A stretch of 26,900 nucleotides of DNA from a virus. Taxonomy: Duplodnaviria > Caudoviricetes. Below, piece after piece: positions 26,217 through 26,900 of this stretch. The translations under genes were made by a program, and so were the position numbers. The stretch's first letter is position 1. Every line of letters starts with the position of its first letter. The notes under the pieces were generated by a model, which made no database searches, had not been told where the DNA came from, and worked only from the letters and a program-made list of their open reading frames with translations. The stretch covers positions 1 through 26,900 of IMG/VR virus record IMGVR_UViG_3300043244_000127; one strand, written 5' to 3'.

Positions 26217-26900
26217 ATGTTCATGCAATCCAGCCAGTCCTTCACCCGCACCGCCCGCCCGGTCCGCTTCGGCGCCGGCGCTTCGAAGCTGCGCGCCCTG
26301 CCGGGTCAGGGCCTGACCTTGGAAGAGGTCCGCCGCGCCGCCCCGGCCGTGTTCGCCGAAGGCGCGCACGAAAGCCGGTCGGATCGGTTCGTCACCATCC
26401 CGACCGCGCAGGCGCTGGCGCCCATGCTCGCCGAAGGCTTCCAGATCGTAGAAGTCGCCCAAGGCGGCACGCGAGACGAAACCCGGCGCGGCTACACCAA
26501 GCACGCAGTGCGCCTGCGCCACCTCTCGGCCGGCTCGGTCATGACGCTGGGCAATCTGTCGCCCGAAATCATTTTGACCAACGGCAACGACGGATCGTCG
26601 GCCTATTGGCTCGAGGCCGGGCTTTATCGGCTGGTGTGCCTCAACGGCCTGCGCGTGGCCGATCGCCAATTCGAACCCCAGCGCGTCGCCCATCGCGGCC
26701 GCCCGGATCAAGTGGTGGATGACGTGATTGACGCCGCGTTCCGCGTGGTCGAAAGCCTGCCGGCCGCGATCGACGCGGCGGGCGCCATGGAGGCCGTGCA
26801 GCTGGCGCCGGCCGAACGCGTCGCCTTCGCCAACGCGGCCTTGCAGCTGCGCTGGGCCGGCGAGGAAGCCGGCGAGCCCGCGCCGATCCAAGCCGACGAC
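26217..26900 (+). CDS. DUF932 family protein (YubP/YafZ/YfjQ-like), truncated by the window end
   Basis: AGGAG RBS. Hand translation gives APAVFAEGAHESRSDRFVTIPT..GYTKHAVRLRH..PEIILTNGNDGSSAYWLEAGLYRLVCLNGL. Absent from the ORF track because there is no stop in the window. Confidence 0.9.
   Translation, partial: MFMQSSQSFTRTARPVRFGAGASKLRALPGQGLTLEEVRRAAPAVFAEGAHESRSDRFVTIPTAQALAPMLAEGFQIVEVAQGGTRDETRRGYTKHAVRLRHLSAGSVMTLGNLSPEIILTNGNDGSSAYWLEAGLYRLVCLNGLRVADRQFEPQRVAHRGRPDQVVDDVIDAAFRVVESLPAAIDAAGAMEAVQLAPAERVAFANAALQLRWAGEEAGEPAPIQADD

Larger units (their letters stand above)
1..26900. mobile_element. Podovirus-type phage/prophage segment: packaging, head, tail, ejection and lysis module plus the start of a divergent early region
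   Basis: Contiguous minus-strand TerL, portal, scaffold, capsid, T7 gp11/gp12-like tail, internal proteins, tailspike and endolysin, with many ATGA/TGATG overlaps. No att site or integrase in the window, so free phage versus prophage is undecided. Confidence 0.97.

Noticed and set aside
25689-26891. Minus-strand ORFs 25689-25940, 25951-26211, 25968-26174, 25982-26251 and 26202-26891
   Set aside because: They cross the repeat array or promoter, or are antisense to DUF932, and have no protein-like features.

Overview
A GC-rich (roughly 70%) tailed-phage or prophage segment, probably from an alphaproteobacterial host (inferred). Nearly all of the minus strand (about 25.6 kb down to 1) is one tightly coupled late operon of a podovirus with a T7-type short tail and BPP-1/epsilon15/HTVC010P-like gene order. 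The order is TerS, TerL, small Pro-rich protein, portal, Bbp19-like protein, scaffold, major capsid, cement protein, tail adaptor, tail nozzle, GNAT-like protein, four internal (ejection) proteins, tailspike, collagen/Gly-rich fibre, two membrane proteins and a peptidase M15 endolysin. A divergent DUF932 gene starts at the right edge. No integrase, RNA polymerase, tRNA or CRISPR array is visible. Most notable observations: (1) an ejection protein carries a P1 DdrB-like ParB module, with an apparently overprinted 63-aa gene (own RBS, better codon fit than the host frame) directly behind it, suggesting an injected effector plus a hidden partner; (2) a 26-bp exact repeat with a hairpin core lies upstream of three late gene blocks; (3) a 279-bp mirror-symmetric array of twelve 8-mers lies between terS and DUF932; (4) the tailspike appears to have two tandem beta-helix domains. 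All family assignments come from motif recognition by eye and gene order, not database searches.
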